This document shows, one piece after another, positions 24,546 through 35,584 of a DNA stretch of 64,000 bases; the stretch's first letter is position 1, and each line of letters starts with the position of its first letter. The notes under the pieces are model-generated. The model was not told the DNA's origin. It searched no databases and worked only from the letters and a program-made list of their open reading frames with translations. Position numbers and translations under genes: made by a program. This stretch comes from Nageia nagi (Eukaryota; Plantae; Pinophyta), in the NCBI GenBank assembly GCA_050084985.1, contig JBITNC010000001.1, forward strand, positions 142,600,001 through 142,664,000. Reading direction: 5' to 3'.

Positions 24546-26480
24546 CTCTCTCATGCATATATATATCTTTGTCAACCCTATACCTAATTTTATCCTTATA
24601 TGAATGTATATACTACTATAAATCAGCTCATAGGGACTCATTTTCCTAGTTGGATTGATCAAGTAAAGATTGAGATTGCCCAAGCAAAAACTTGAGCTCC
24701 TCAATCTCACCTAGTAACGAGTTGTAAATTTGAATCTTTAGATATGGTACTCCTCCTCCAAAACTCCCTCACCCTAAGAAACATCGTCCTCTACTTAGAC
24801 ATCCATCATTAAAACACCCTTAGTTGAACCCATCTTCATATTAGGTCCCTTATCTCTAGTAGGCACTATGCCTACATTCTCCACTTATTGCCACACTTAG
24901 TGATCCTATTTTCCCTCCTTGGCCTTCTCCAACTCAACCTACCACCACACAACAAAAGCCTACATCAATCCAACATCATAAACATCCACATACTCCTTAA
25001 TATCTTCATCCTTAGTGGGATATGGGTTAACATAAACAAGGGGCTCAAGACCATTCATGGGAAGGGTGCCTTCTCTTTGATATTGCATAGGATCTAAAGG
25101 AACAACCTAAACTAGACTAAAATAGTGGTTGAAATGCTCAAAATAAAAAATAACGCAAGGAAATATATTATATGGACACTAAGAACCCTCACTGGATAAG
25201 TGCTTGTAATCTCTACCTCTAACTCATACTATATTGGATACTGATGATAAGGATGAAACCTGACATAATTAGGCACATGCTAGCTAAGAACCCTATAGTA
25301 GAAATGAACATCTCTACTGACATTGTTAGGAGGATGAATGTAGAATTCCTCCCTCCATCTCAAGGTCCCTACTACATATTACACATTATTTGTTAAATGA
25401 GGAATCAAAAATCTATGTGTGTGTAATCGCTATATGCTCATTTGCACACTCTTGTAGTGTGATAGTCATAAAAAATATAGTCTTGCTACCTTGAGAATAA
25501 AAAAATAATTCCTTATAAATCTAAGCCAACAAAGTGGGAACCCAATCAAGGATTATGTCATACTACATCATATCCATAATAATTGAAAGAAACAACCATG
25601 GGAAGTGACTACTACCCATGTTGGGTAAAGCATAACACTGAATCAAGCCCATCAAGTAGGAGAACCTAATGCTCCCCTGCTAATCATCATGAAAATACTG
25701 ATAGTATCAAATACCATTTGAGCTTATCTTAGAGATGATGGTAGCAACTCTATCAACCCCATATAGATAAGAGATAGTAGGCCAAGCATCATCTCTATCA
25801 ATAATATGCTAAATCTATTGATCATGGATAGGCAAACAATAGAGTTAATGAATGTCCTCTATCATAATGGTCATCTCTCTTATCGAGAGATGGAAGGTAA
25901 AAGTAGTAGACTTCCACCTCTCAAGAAAATCTACTAAAAGAGGTTACTCCAAGGCATACAATCCATGAAGGGTCTAATCCCCAAGAACACACCCCAAAGA
26001 AATGTGTGGTCTACATCAATAAGGAATAAATGTCCCTCCAAAATAATGGTGGGATAATAACCCCTAGGGTTGAAAATATCATGTACCTAGAATATATAGT
26101 AAGCTAAACTAAGGAAAAAAAAATAAAGGATGAATGTTGATGACCTTGAAACCAAATTGCAGAGTCACTAGCATCCATTGGCTAAATGTAAGTGAACTTG
26201 AAACATTTTGACTCTGGCTAGCGACCACTATTGAAATTAAAAAAAAAATTAAAAAAGCTATAAAACTAGCCTACAATCAAAATCTAAATGGTTAAAAATT
26301 ACCTAAATGCAAAAATAACTAACTCTACGATTTTCATTTTTCAATTTTAGCCATAAAAATGGATTATCAAGTAAAAAACTAAAAAGAGGGTTTAAAACCA
26401 TACCTCATCCTTGATTGGTCTCATTGGGATAGCTTGTGTCCTCCTCGATGGCATCTTGACTTATGAAAAATGATAACATG
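24546..26480 (-). pseudogene. Plant Mobile Domain (PMD, aminotransferase-like, MAIN/MAIL-related) pseudogene with C-terminal coiled coil and candidate 5' introns
   Basis: Minus strand reads PLLVDFLERWKSTTFTFHLSIREMTIMIEDIH*LYCLPIHD (~25940-25820), then YLMGLIQCYALPNMG, DWVPTLLA*IYKELF and TLQECANEHI. These match the PMD consensus blocks ERW..T.TFHL..GEMT.TL.DV, W..A.LA.LY.EL and LQ.W..EH. Donor GAG|GTATGG at 26403; polypyrimidine-AG acceptors at 26228 and 26087. Confidence 0.85.
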
Positions 26481-26729
26481 GCTAAATAGAAGGTCAAATG
26501 GTAGAAAGAGTACAATAAGATGATAGGAACTTTGGAAAATAGAAAAAGAAAACTAAAAAAGTGATAGGTCACTTTTTTTTTTACTCACAACTTTGAATGC
26601 TAACATTTTTAAGTTGAATGCTGGCAATTGAGATGGAATGTCAATGAATTGAACCAAATGATGGCAACCATTTAAAAACTTAAATAAAAAGAAAATAAAA
26701 AATACAAAATTTTTAAGCCCTCCTAGTAT

Positions 26730-26960
26730 CTCATCATGATTCCTAAATGAGGTAATGTAAAAATAGAGTAAAATATATATTCATAAAAAAATTAAAAGTT
26801 TTCCTTTTAGCATCTTATCATGATTCTTTGATGAGGTGAAATTGGAAAAAATATCTCGTCATAAGTCTTTGATAATACAACATCAAGGAAATATACCTTC
26901 ATGAGTCCTTGAAGGAATAATTACCATTTTTATACCCCTCATCATTAATCCTTGATGAGC
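26730..26960. repeat. Array of palindromic motifs CTCATCA-N8-TGATGAG with ~41-42 bp period
   Basis: Degenerate units at 26730, 26814, 26855, 26896 and 26938. The last has perfect arms: CTCATCAttaatcctTGATGAG. Confidence 0.75.
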
Positions 26961-27522
26961 CCCCCCTAAAAAAAAGTATCAAAATCAAAATGTCAAAGCC
27001 TCCTACTTTTTAAATTTGATCAAAGTGGCATGTTCAAAAGATATTGGATTTCACAAATGATTCAAACTTTAAAAAATTAAACATGATTTAAAAACATGGA
27101 ATAACATTTTATGCAAGATCATCATGTAACCTCAATGTTGGAACAAAGAGTAGTAAAACCAAATCAATTGTATACATAAGAATAATTTACCATCATGTAC
27201 ACACTTTAGTATATGGAGATGAACTAGAGTCTCATCACACAACTTCCACAAACAACATACAGTATGAAGATAGACACAAGTGATATTTTGGTATATACCA
27301 TAATTATCTTCAAAACGTATCAAGTGCAAAATATTAAGATATGATTTAATCATGATTCAACCAATCAAGTTTGAATTATTCAAGAGTATAAGTCAATTTA
27401 AAGCATCAATGTAAGAGCCAAACACACAAGTTAGGGAACTTGAACATGCCCACTTTTTAGATAAAGGAAATTTTTGAATTATCCTATACTTTCAAGAATA
27501 AATAATTCAAAAAGGGGAAAAA

Positions 27523-28500
27523 TATATATACCCAAAAATAACCCTTCATTCTAAAGTTGAACAAAGGGAATAAAAAAATAATATTTATTATAAGAGTTAT
27601 AATAAATGAAAAATTCCAACACTTGACTTTGAATATTAGAAACCCAATCTAGATGCTAGCATCCTCTCCCAGGATGTTGATGAATCTATAATTAGCAAAG
27701 CTAAAATAAGATAGTGAGCTATTGAGTGATTCATCCCTCAAATCTATGGACAAGAAGTTAGTCACTATCAATTTTGTAGATTTGCATATAAGACCATGAC
27801 CATTTTGGATCTAGATGAGCTCTTGGACCAAGTTTCTAACATTTAAAATGTGAAATCCAACCAATTTTTTAATCTATAGATAAAAACTTTAGGAATGAAG
27901 AAAGGGACCCCAAATTCAAAGTAGTATTACTTTATAGAAATTCATTTAGAGCTTTTGAAGAGTTGAGTACTTTATTTATGCACTTGTTCATGTACATAAT
28001 TTCAATATCTTCATATTTTATATAAGCAAGTATGTTTGATGGTTTATTTTGGCATGTGTGAAGGATCCATAGGTGCTAAAGCATGAAATATTGAAGCTTT
28101 ATCAAAGTAGTAACAACCAATAAATAAGAGATTAAGCTAAAAAAAGAAATACGAGAGGAGAATCAACAAAAAAACACTTCAATTGTAGAAATACCAATGA
28201 TTACATATTAGATGTTTGTGATTGGAGACAACTGTTGATGATTTTATCTAAATTGATGGTGACTTTGTAAAAGCCTAAGAGGCTCTAAAATATAATTTTG
28301 TAAAAGCCCTTCAAGTAAGGAAATGAATCCAAAGATTCATTTTGTACAATTTTAGGTCACTTAGAAGAGTAATAAAATGCATATTGTTATTTGATGTGTG
28401 TTTGTCTTGTTTGTTAACATGTTACTTTTTTGGGTCAATACTATCTTAGAAATCACCTTCTAAATAATGAGATAGGTTCCTTGAGATTGACACCACTACA
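27523..28500 (+). repeat. 3' LTR of a Tat element (~980 bp) preceded by a PPT
   Basis: PPT AAAAAGGGGAAAAA (27509-27522), then TATATATACCCAAAAAT (a decayed TGTAGA.ACC-type start). Ends CACCACTACA, the same terminus type as the Tat B LTR (TGTAGA...ACTACA). Partner LTR lies outside the window. Confidence 0.6.
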
Positions 28501-29249
28501 ATATCTAAGCTATTTTATTTATTTTTATCATTTTAAGTTAAAATACTCTTATCATACATAATATAACTCATGCATGAGAGAATAATATGAAATATTTCCT
28601 TTTTATAATAATAAATTAGCATTATAAATTTTATCCATAAATTTGATAATAAGACTAATTTGAATAATTCTACCGATACCTTTGATAATTTTAGTTCTAT
28701 TTTTTATTTATTCATAATACAAGATTAAATAAAAATTTTATATCAATTAATGGATGTTGAAAAATTATTTCATTTCTAATTTGATAAGTTGCATTCAAAT
28801 TTACAAACATAAATTTATACCAAAATATAACTTTATATATTATTTTTATATCCTAGAGACTATTCAAAATCCTTAACAATAATTGAAATATTTTTATCAT
28901 TCAAGTAATAGTGAATCATAATTGAAACCTTCACAATATAAAACTAGATACACATTTATTTATAATTATAAAGCTTTAATTCAGATCACATTGGATATTT
29001 TAAATATCAAGTAAAATAGTATTGACTTCCAATGTCAAATTAGATATTTCATACATATGTCATCAAGGAAAAAAGAGTAATTGACTATTATCAATATATA
29101 AATAGCTATTCATATATTGAAGAAAAAAATTTAATAATTAAATTGGTAATTTTAGTATGTGATTGCAACTAGGAAAACACATTAAACAATTTTCATATAT
29201 AAACATATATAAATAAGTAATACTTCAATGGTGTATAATAATAAAAACT

Positions 29250-30840
29250 CAAACAATAAATATTCAAATCTAGATAGGATAACATAAAGTTTATTTGAAA
29301 GAAGCCAAAAGGCCCTTTGGATGAATCAATCAAGAAAAAGTGGAAGCAAGATCCTAAACTTGCTAAGGTATGATGCAACCTCTTCACATATGATAAGGAC
29401 AAACTAGAAGAGGAAATTGAGATTAACCTAGAACCAAAAATTATCAAAAATGAAGTTATAATTTCTATCCCAAAATCCATAGTAGTTACAAAGTCTGATA
29501 GATACCAAAATACTCTAATAGGAAGTTTTGTCAAAATTAGACCATGAATTGAACTAATCAAATAATAGGTGGTGTCCTCTTGGAAAATATTTGGAAGCAT
29601 GGAAGATTTCCCCCTCGCATGCAAATTTCTATTTTTTAATTTCTCTAATTTGGAAGATAAGGATAACGTAATCAAATTAGTCCCCTATTTTTTTGAATAT
29701 AAAGGATTGGTTCTACATAAATGGTTCAAGGGATTCAAATAAAAAATGGAGAATATCAACATGATCTCAACATCAGTAAGCCTTTGAAACTTACCTCCTG
29801 AATTTTGAAATACTCGCATCTTTGCAAGCATATCTAAGAGAATCAAATATTTAATTTCAATTAAGAGAGGGACTAGGAATCAAAGTAGAATGACAAATTT
29901 ATGATTCTATATCAAAATTAACATCTACAAACAAGTAAGAAATAATTTTTATTAATGAGAAGTATGCATGTTCTTAGGAATAATAAATTTTATACCTAAA
30001 TCTTCCATTTTAATGTACTAATTATAGTAAGTTCTATCACTATGTTAAATAATGCCCAAACAAAAAATATCTCACTTAAGTATAGATACTAATGAAAGCA
30101 ATGATTCAATATGGAAAATGGTTAAAAAAGTGGCCCCAAGAAAGTAAATATATGATCTTAATATGAATACCAATCAAATCGAATCAAATAAGGGATAACA
30201 TCAAAATCCAAAGAAACTAATTCATAATCCAATAAAAGGAAACCCATATGCCCACTAAAAAACTTGAAAACTAATGACCTTTTATAATCAAATGAGGATG
30301 AAGGTGAGGACCAAATGGATAATGATATAGGAGATACAAAATCTAATGAATATGAAATCCCTATGGAAATAGAATTAGTCCTTGATGAAATCATAGGAAA
30401 AATAATCCAAAAATGAAAATGCAAGTAAAAGGAGTGCTCTTTAGAAAGAAAGAGGACTACACAAGGGGAATTAGACCCAATACTAATATGAAAATATACA
30501 ATTCTAAGGAAAACCTCAAATTTAAGTCAACAAGGGACCATTAAACCTAAAAATATTCAATATAGGATGAAGAAAAAATGGAGGAGATTGAAAAAGGGAT
30601 GCAAACCACTCTAAAGAAAAGTGGATATATCCATTCTTTATGATTCAAGCTCTAATGTTGATGCAAGGTAGTATGAACCCCATGATTGGGAGGCTAGATA
30701 ATAGTCTCAAGAGAAAGTATTCAAATACTATCCAAGGAGTAAAACAAAGATTAAGGTGGTGCAAGGTAACTTCTAATGTCACCATTCATGCTAGGAAGTG
30801 GCATATTCATAACTATTATCTAAGGGTAAAAAATTAATTT
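29250..30840 (+). mobile_element. L1-type LINE remnant: ORF1 (DUF4283-like) plus a possible stub of the ORF2 endonuclease
   Basis: YQNTLIGSFVKIRP*IELIK**VVSSWK, FLFFNFSNLEDKDNVIKLVPYFFEYKGLVLHKWFKGF and NLPPEF*N are typical of plant L1 ORF1. ORF1-like end EKGMQTTLKK at ~30600. ORF 30640-30837 weakly resembles an endonuclease N-terminus. No RT found. Confidence 0.75.
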
Positions 30841-31107
30841 TCATCCCCTTTTTAACTTCATATGAAATATGGATTGAAGGATGTTGAGAATGATAGACCC
30901 ATACACTTTTAAACTTGAAAAACATATAAGTGCCTCATAATTTCATACAAGCCTCATGCTTTTCAACTCGTGGATATGACTATTGTGCATGCAATTAGTC
31001 ATAACATTAGGGGGTATAAGTCTCAATACGGCAAGTTGAGAATATACAAAATAAGTTTCCCCTTCCTTCTCTTTGCAAACTTGATAAATATCAAGCATTA
31101 TAGAAAT

Positions 31108-31981
31108 ATGGAGAAGGCCTATAGAACTAAGCCTAGTAATGTTAGATAGGTGAAATATGATGAAGAATGCTGGAACCTATTTCAAAATGGAGAGGTTAGG
31201 AGATACATGGAACTTTATGATAGTTTCATCCTTGCCATATCCCAAAAAATTATCAAGGGTTGGGAAGGAAATAGGATCCAGGTTAGAGTGGTTCTAGTTA
31301 ATTTCTCCATATATTCTATTGTGAAGGTGACATGACTTAGTATCAAGGGGAAAGTCCTTCAAAGGAAGGAGAAAGCCAAGGAATATGATGTTGAGGCCTT
31401 CTTTGTAGAAGGAGAATAATTGATAAATGAGGGTACTAGTTTTATCCTTCAAAAGCTCCTCAAGCCTTAGGATTGAATGGTGAAATGCATCAATCCACTA
31501 CTTCACCCTTGATGTAAGGTATACCATTATTTTTGGAACATATTTCCTCTTGCTTAAATATTTTTGGTGGGTATAGTTAATGCATATCAAAAACTCATCA
31601 TCACAACATACTTATGAGATGCAATAAGAAACTTAATGGAGATCATCCAGAAAGGGTAATGGTTTGAGCCTATATACCAAGATCTGATGGACATCATGTA
31701 TAGAGTGGATATAGCCTCATAATTATATGCCAATTTTCTACCAAAACTCAATTCAATTGAAGTTGGTAGTAAAAAAGCAAAAGGAGGAGAAAAGAAAAAA
31801 AGGGCCCATCTAATAGTTGAGAAAAGGTTAAAATTTAAAAGGGAAAGGCAAACTAGAAGAAAAATGTGATGCATTTAAAGGAAAAAGGTAGGGTGAAGAA
31901 AATACCCTATCCTCCTATACAAGCTAATAAGGAAAACACCCTAAGCCCAACTACAAGGGAGAGGAGGAGTAATAGGCTAAA
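31108..31981 (+). pseudogene. Decayed uncharacterised plant-transposon-type ORF, cut at the 3' end by the chromovirus C insertion
   Basis: MEKAYRTKPS...CWNLFQNGEVRRYMELYDSF...KGWEGNRIQVRVVLVNFSIYSIVKVT*LSIKG...FTLDVRYTIIFGTYFLLLKYF...EPIYQDLMDIMY, then a K/E-rich tail. The pattern recalls putative plant transposon protein / env-like ORFs. Confidence 0.55.
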
Positions 31982-34900
31982 TGTCATGATCCTCTCTTTT
32001 TGCACTTTTACATGTTTTGATTATTAATTATGGAGTTTTGACATACTTGCATTAGAATAATTAAAATCATGTGTTATTTTATATGTTATGATCATGATAT
32101 TATATAAAATAGTTTGATGCTATGGTTTCATGTGATACTAGAAATTATAGTCTTACAAGTGAACCACTTTGTTATTTGTATAAAGATGATTGGACACCAA
32201 TAGTCCAAAAGGAAAGTAATTTAACTTAGGTTGAATGATTTTTATGTGTGCTCATTCCATTATCCCACATGTCTATTTATTATTATTATTATTATTATTT
32301 TGAATTCATTGATGAATTTGTTTTAACTTTTTGAGTCATTGTTGAGTTGGGAACAATGATGGATTAGCCTAGTTCCTTAACTTCATACTTGCAAAATAAA
32401 ATAAAATGAGGAGTTATAAGTATTCATGAAATAAGAATGCAATGCATTTATGAATCATTTTCAAGAAATAGAAAAAATGCCAAATTAGTACATATGATTT
32501 GATTAAGTCATTGTGCATTCATTATTTAGGAGCAATACATTTAAAATATTTAAATGCAAACTAAGTATCTAGAGATATTTCATTAAAATGATAATGTATT
32601 TTTTTTTCAATAAAAGTTTTGAATATTATGCAAAATAAAATAAAAGGAAAATATTTAATTTCATAATTTGCATTTTATGGTTTGTTGGTCCCAGAGAAGA
32701 AATTTCTAGGAAGTTTTGGAGGAAAGCTTCATCAAGGAAGTTGAGCAATTGTTCATGGCTCCATGTTGGTCCTATTTATGATAGTTTTTGGTATGCTTTA
32801 GTATACTTGGATCTTGTATGAAGAAGAGGAATCTAGAGCAAAGTTTATTTTGCATTTTGAAGAATTAGTGCATTTCAAAATTAGGTTTTCTCCATTATTA
32901 TTTACCTTGCATGAAGTTTGGTTTTGCTCTATTATTCTTGTTTTGCATACTAAAATATGAAAATAGGAATGATTAGTTATTTGCAAGTTTTCTACATCTT
33001 TGTTGAATCTAGAATGAGAAAGAAGATTACATTTGGGTTTATTGGGTGAAATACAATGTTGAATTCAAATTTAAACTTGGGTATTGTAGTTATTTGTTTA
33101 AACAAACAGTAGACAAAACTCTACAATAAAAAAATTGGATTTTTCATTACAAGAAAATATAGTGGAAGTAGGGTTTTCAAGTAAGAAACAAATCTAGAAA
33201 ACATAGTTCAAATCTTAGTTCCAAGAGATCTTTGGAAAGAACTTGGAAATCTAAACAAAATCCACATTCCATATTTGTAAATGGGCCATTAGAATTATAG
33301 ATAATGCTCTTTGAAATCAAGGTTAAACTATAGTTTGTATACCTCTACATGTATCCTTTCCATGTTTATGAGTGCTTTTAAAAATCTTGTTTATAATATA
33401 AAAGTATACCTTTTATATTATAAATAATAAAGTGTATATATATATATATATAACTTAAAAAATATATATTAATTTTTTTTTTGCTTTATCCTGAGAAGGT
33501 CATGTGTGAGGAGCATGATGCACCATAGGTTTTTCTTGGGTGACCAACCCCAATAGGATATGCAAGCCCCCCTAGTCATGTGATGGTCAAGGCTATGTGC
33601 CCCCAAGGAAATAAAAGCCCACATGTTAGGTGGGTGGGGGTGAGGTCGTAGGGCCCACCCCCATATTAATTTAAATATTAGAAAATATAATATTATATAT
33701 TTTAAATAGTGAATCTTAAATATTTAACATTTAAAAAATAATAATATTAAATATTTAAATTTGAATTTAAATATTTAATATTTAAAAAAAATTATTTAAT
33801 ATAACATTTATTAATATTTTAAGTTGTTAAAATATTAATATTTAAATGGTCCAAAGGGGAGTTTAGAACTATAAAAAATAATAATAGTGTATTATTTTCA
33901 AATGCAAATTTATTAATTTTAAGCTTTGAAATAATAAAGAATTTATTTTTATTCTTTGATGAAAAATACATTTTATATTACTAAAAACTTTTTCATACAA
34001 AAAAGGTTGGGTGGAATTAAGACACCCTGTGGAAGACTACAACCATAAACTAACTACATAAGAGTTAGAAAATGATTACAAAACCCTCACATAAAAAGAA
34101 GTTGAGCATTTATTATTTCAATATACTTTAATTAATAAATATTACATTTTATTTCTTTGATTAATGGATAACTATTATTTTTTCACACATTTACTTATGC
34201 CTATGAAATTGGAAATTTGGGCCAATAATTCAAGAATGAATGTTATGATCATTTTGAATAAGATTAGATAATGTATTTCATATTGTTATGCATATATGTT
34301 GAGAACATGAATTTGGATAGTATAAGCATATATTTATTTCCAAAATATGTTAATCATGAATTATCATTTAGTTAGAATGATAAAATAAAATAAAACACCA
34401 TTTGAATGCATTGTATGTTACCTTAGTTAAATACATACAAGTGTTGTCTCTGATCCTGTTAAGCATATAGCAAGTGGTTCACTTGGAAGGAGGAAGACCT
34501 TGGTGGTTAAAAATTTGTAATATGGAGAACATATGAGATCATGAATTATAAAATTGAGTTCTAACATTGTATTTATATCTCAATGAGATATCCAAATTGT
34601 AATAATTATGAATATGTGTTTGACTATGTTACAAAGAGTAGTTTGGTAAAATTAGCACAATTATGTATGTTGCAAAAGAGTATTTATTACTTTGATATTT
34701 AATGATTTAAATTCTTACTTGCATGTAGGAACAATGTATGTAATTAAATCTCAATATATATAGCAATTAGTAAACATTATCATTTCAATTATTCTCTTTT
34801 ATGCTTTTGCAATATTTACAAATTAAATCAAGTTTAGAACTTAGACCTATTCATCCAAACAAACACTAAAAAAAGAAGCCATAGTTATTAAATAAAGATT

Positions 34901-35584
34901 ATTAAGTGGTAAAAGGAATTAGGTTAGAATTATCTTGTTTCAAGATTAACTTTTAGGTACTTAGGAAAAACAAACTAGAAAATGATAAGCTAGTTATACC
35001 TCTAGAATTTAACAAGTCAAAAGATAATGGGTAGGTTATCAATTGACAAAGTTAGTACCTATGGGAGTTATGGGAAGGTAGTTACTACCAGTTAAGTCAT
35101 GATCCCTTGAATTAAGTTGTGGTACCTTGCATGTATTATGGGTAGGTATGGGTACATCAGTTAATTCTGGGATAGTAAAATTAACATCAAGTTCCATCAT
35201 GGGAGGTGATAAGAACTTGATCCACTTGGAATATTCTAATAGATCACTATCACAAGGTAGCATGAAGTGATGGGAAAAACATACCCCTTATTAGGTGTAT
35301 GGGGCCTAATAAGAACCCAAAGGTCATGGTTGACATAGGTGGATCAAACATGGGAGATGTTTGAAATACAAGTGTTAAGTTAAAATAAGTGCATGGTAGA
35401 TGCATTGTCAAAACTAGCAATTTAATTTAAATAGAAACTAATGATTTCCATCCACTTGAGGGTCATATAAAATTAATAGTAAAACTCAAATAGAAAATAC
35501 CAAACCTATCATGTAAATGTTAAGGTATGAACTTAGTAAGAAAAATGTGTTTAGTTTTTTAGGTAGAGTTAGATGGACATTTCA
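31982..35584 (+). repeat. 5' LTR of chromovirus C (~3.6 kb)
   Basis: TGTCATGATCC...GGACATTTCA followed by the PBS. The first ~1.55 kb is duplicated at 43968-45580. Confidence 0.85.

Larger units (their letters stand above)
1..28500 (+). mobile_element. Ty3/Gypsy Tat-clade LTR retrotransposon A, 3' part (aRH-INT, long 3' region with extra ORFs, PPT, 3' LTR); host of two Copia insertions
   Basis: aRH and integrase remnants at 1-1710. Removing the Copia insertions leaves host segments 1711-5068, 14445-15499 and 24546-27522, ending in a PPT and an LTR terminating ACTACA at 28500. Continuity across 15500-24545 is inferred because a deletion removed the right TSD. Confidence 0.65.

Noticed and set aside
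26730-26960. CRISPR-like appearance (palindromic repeats with variable spacers)
   Set aside because: Repeats are degenerate, spacers are only ~20 bp and AT-rich, there are no cas genes, and the context is a eukaryotic retrotransposon.
32270-33455. Short (TTA)n at ~32276 and (TA)n at ~33434 microsatellites
   Set aside because: Ordinary slippage tracts within an AT-rich LTR.
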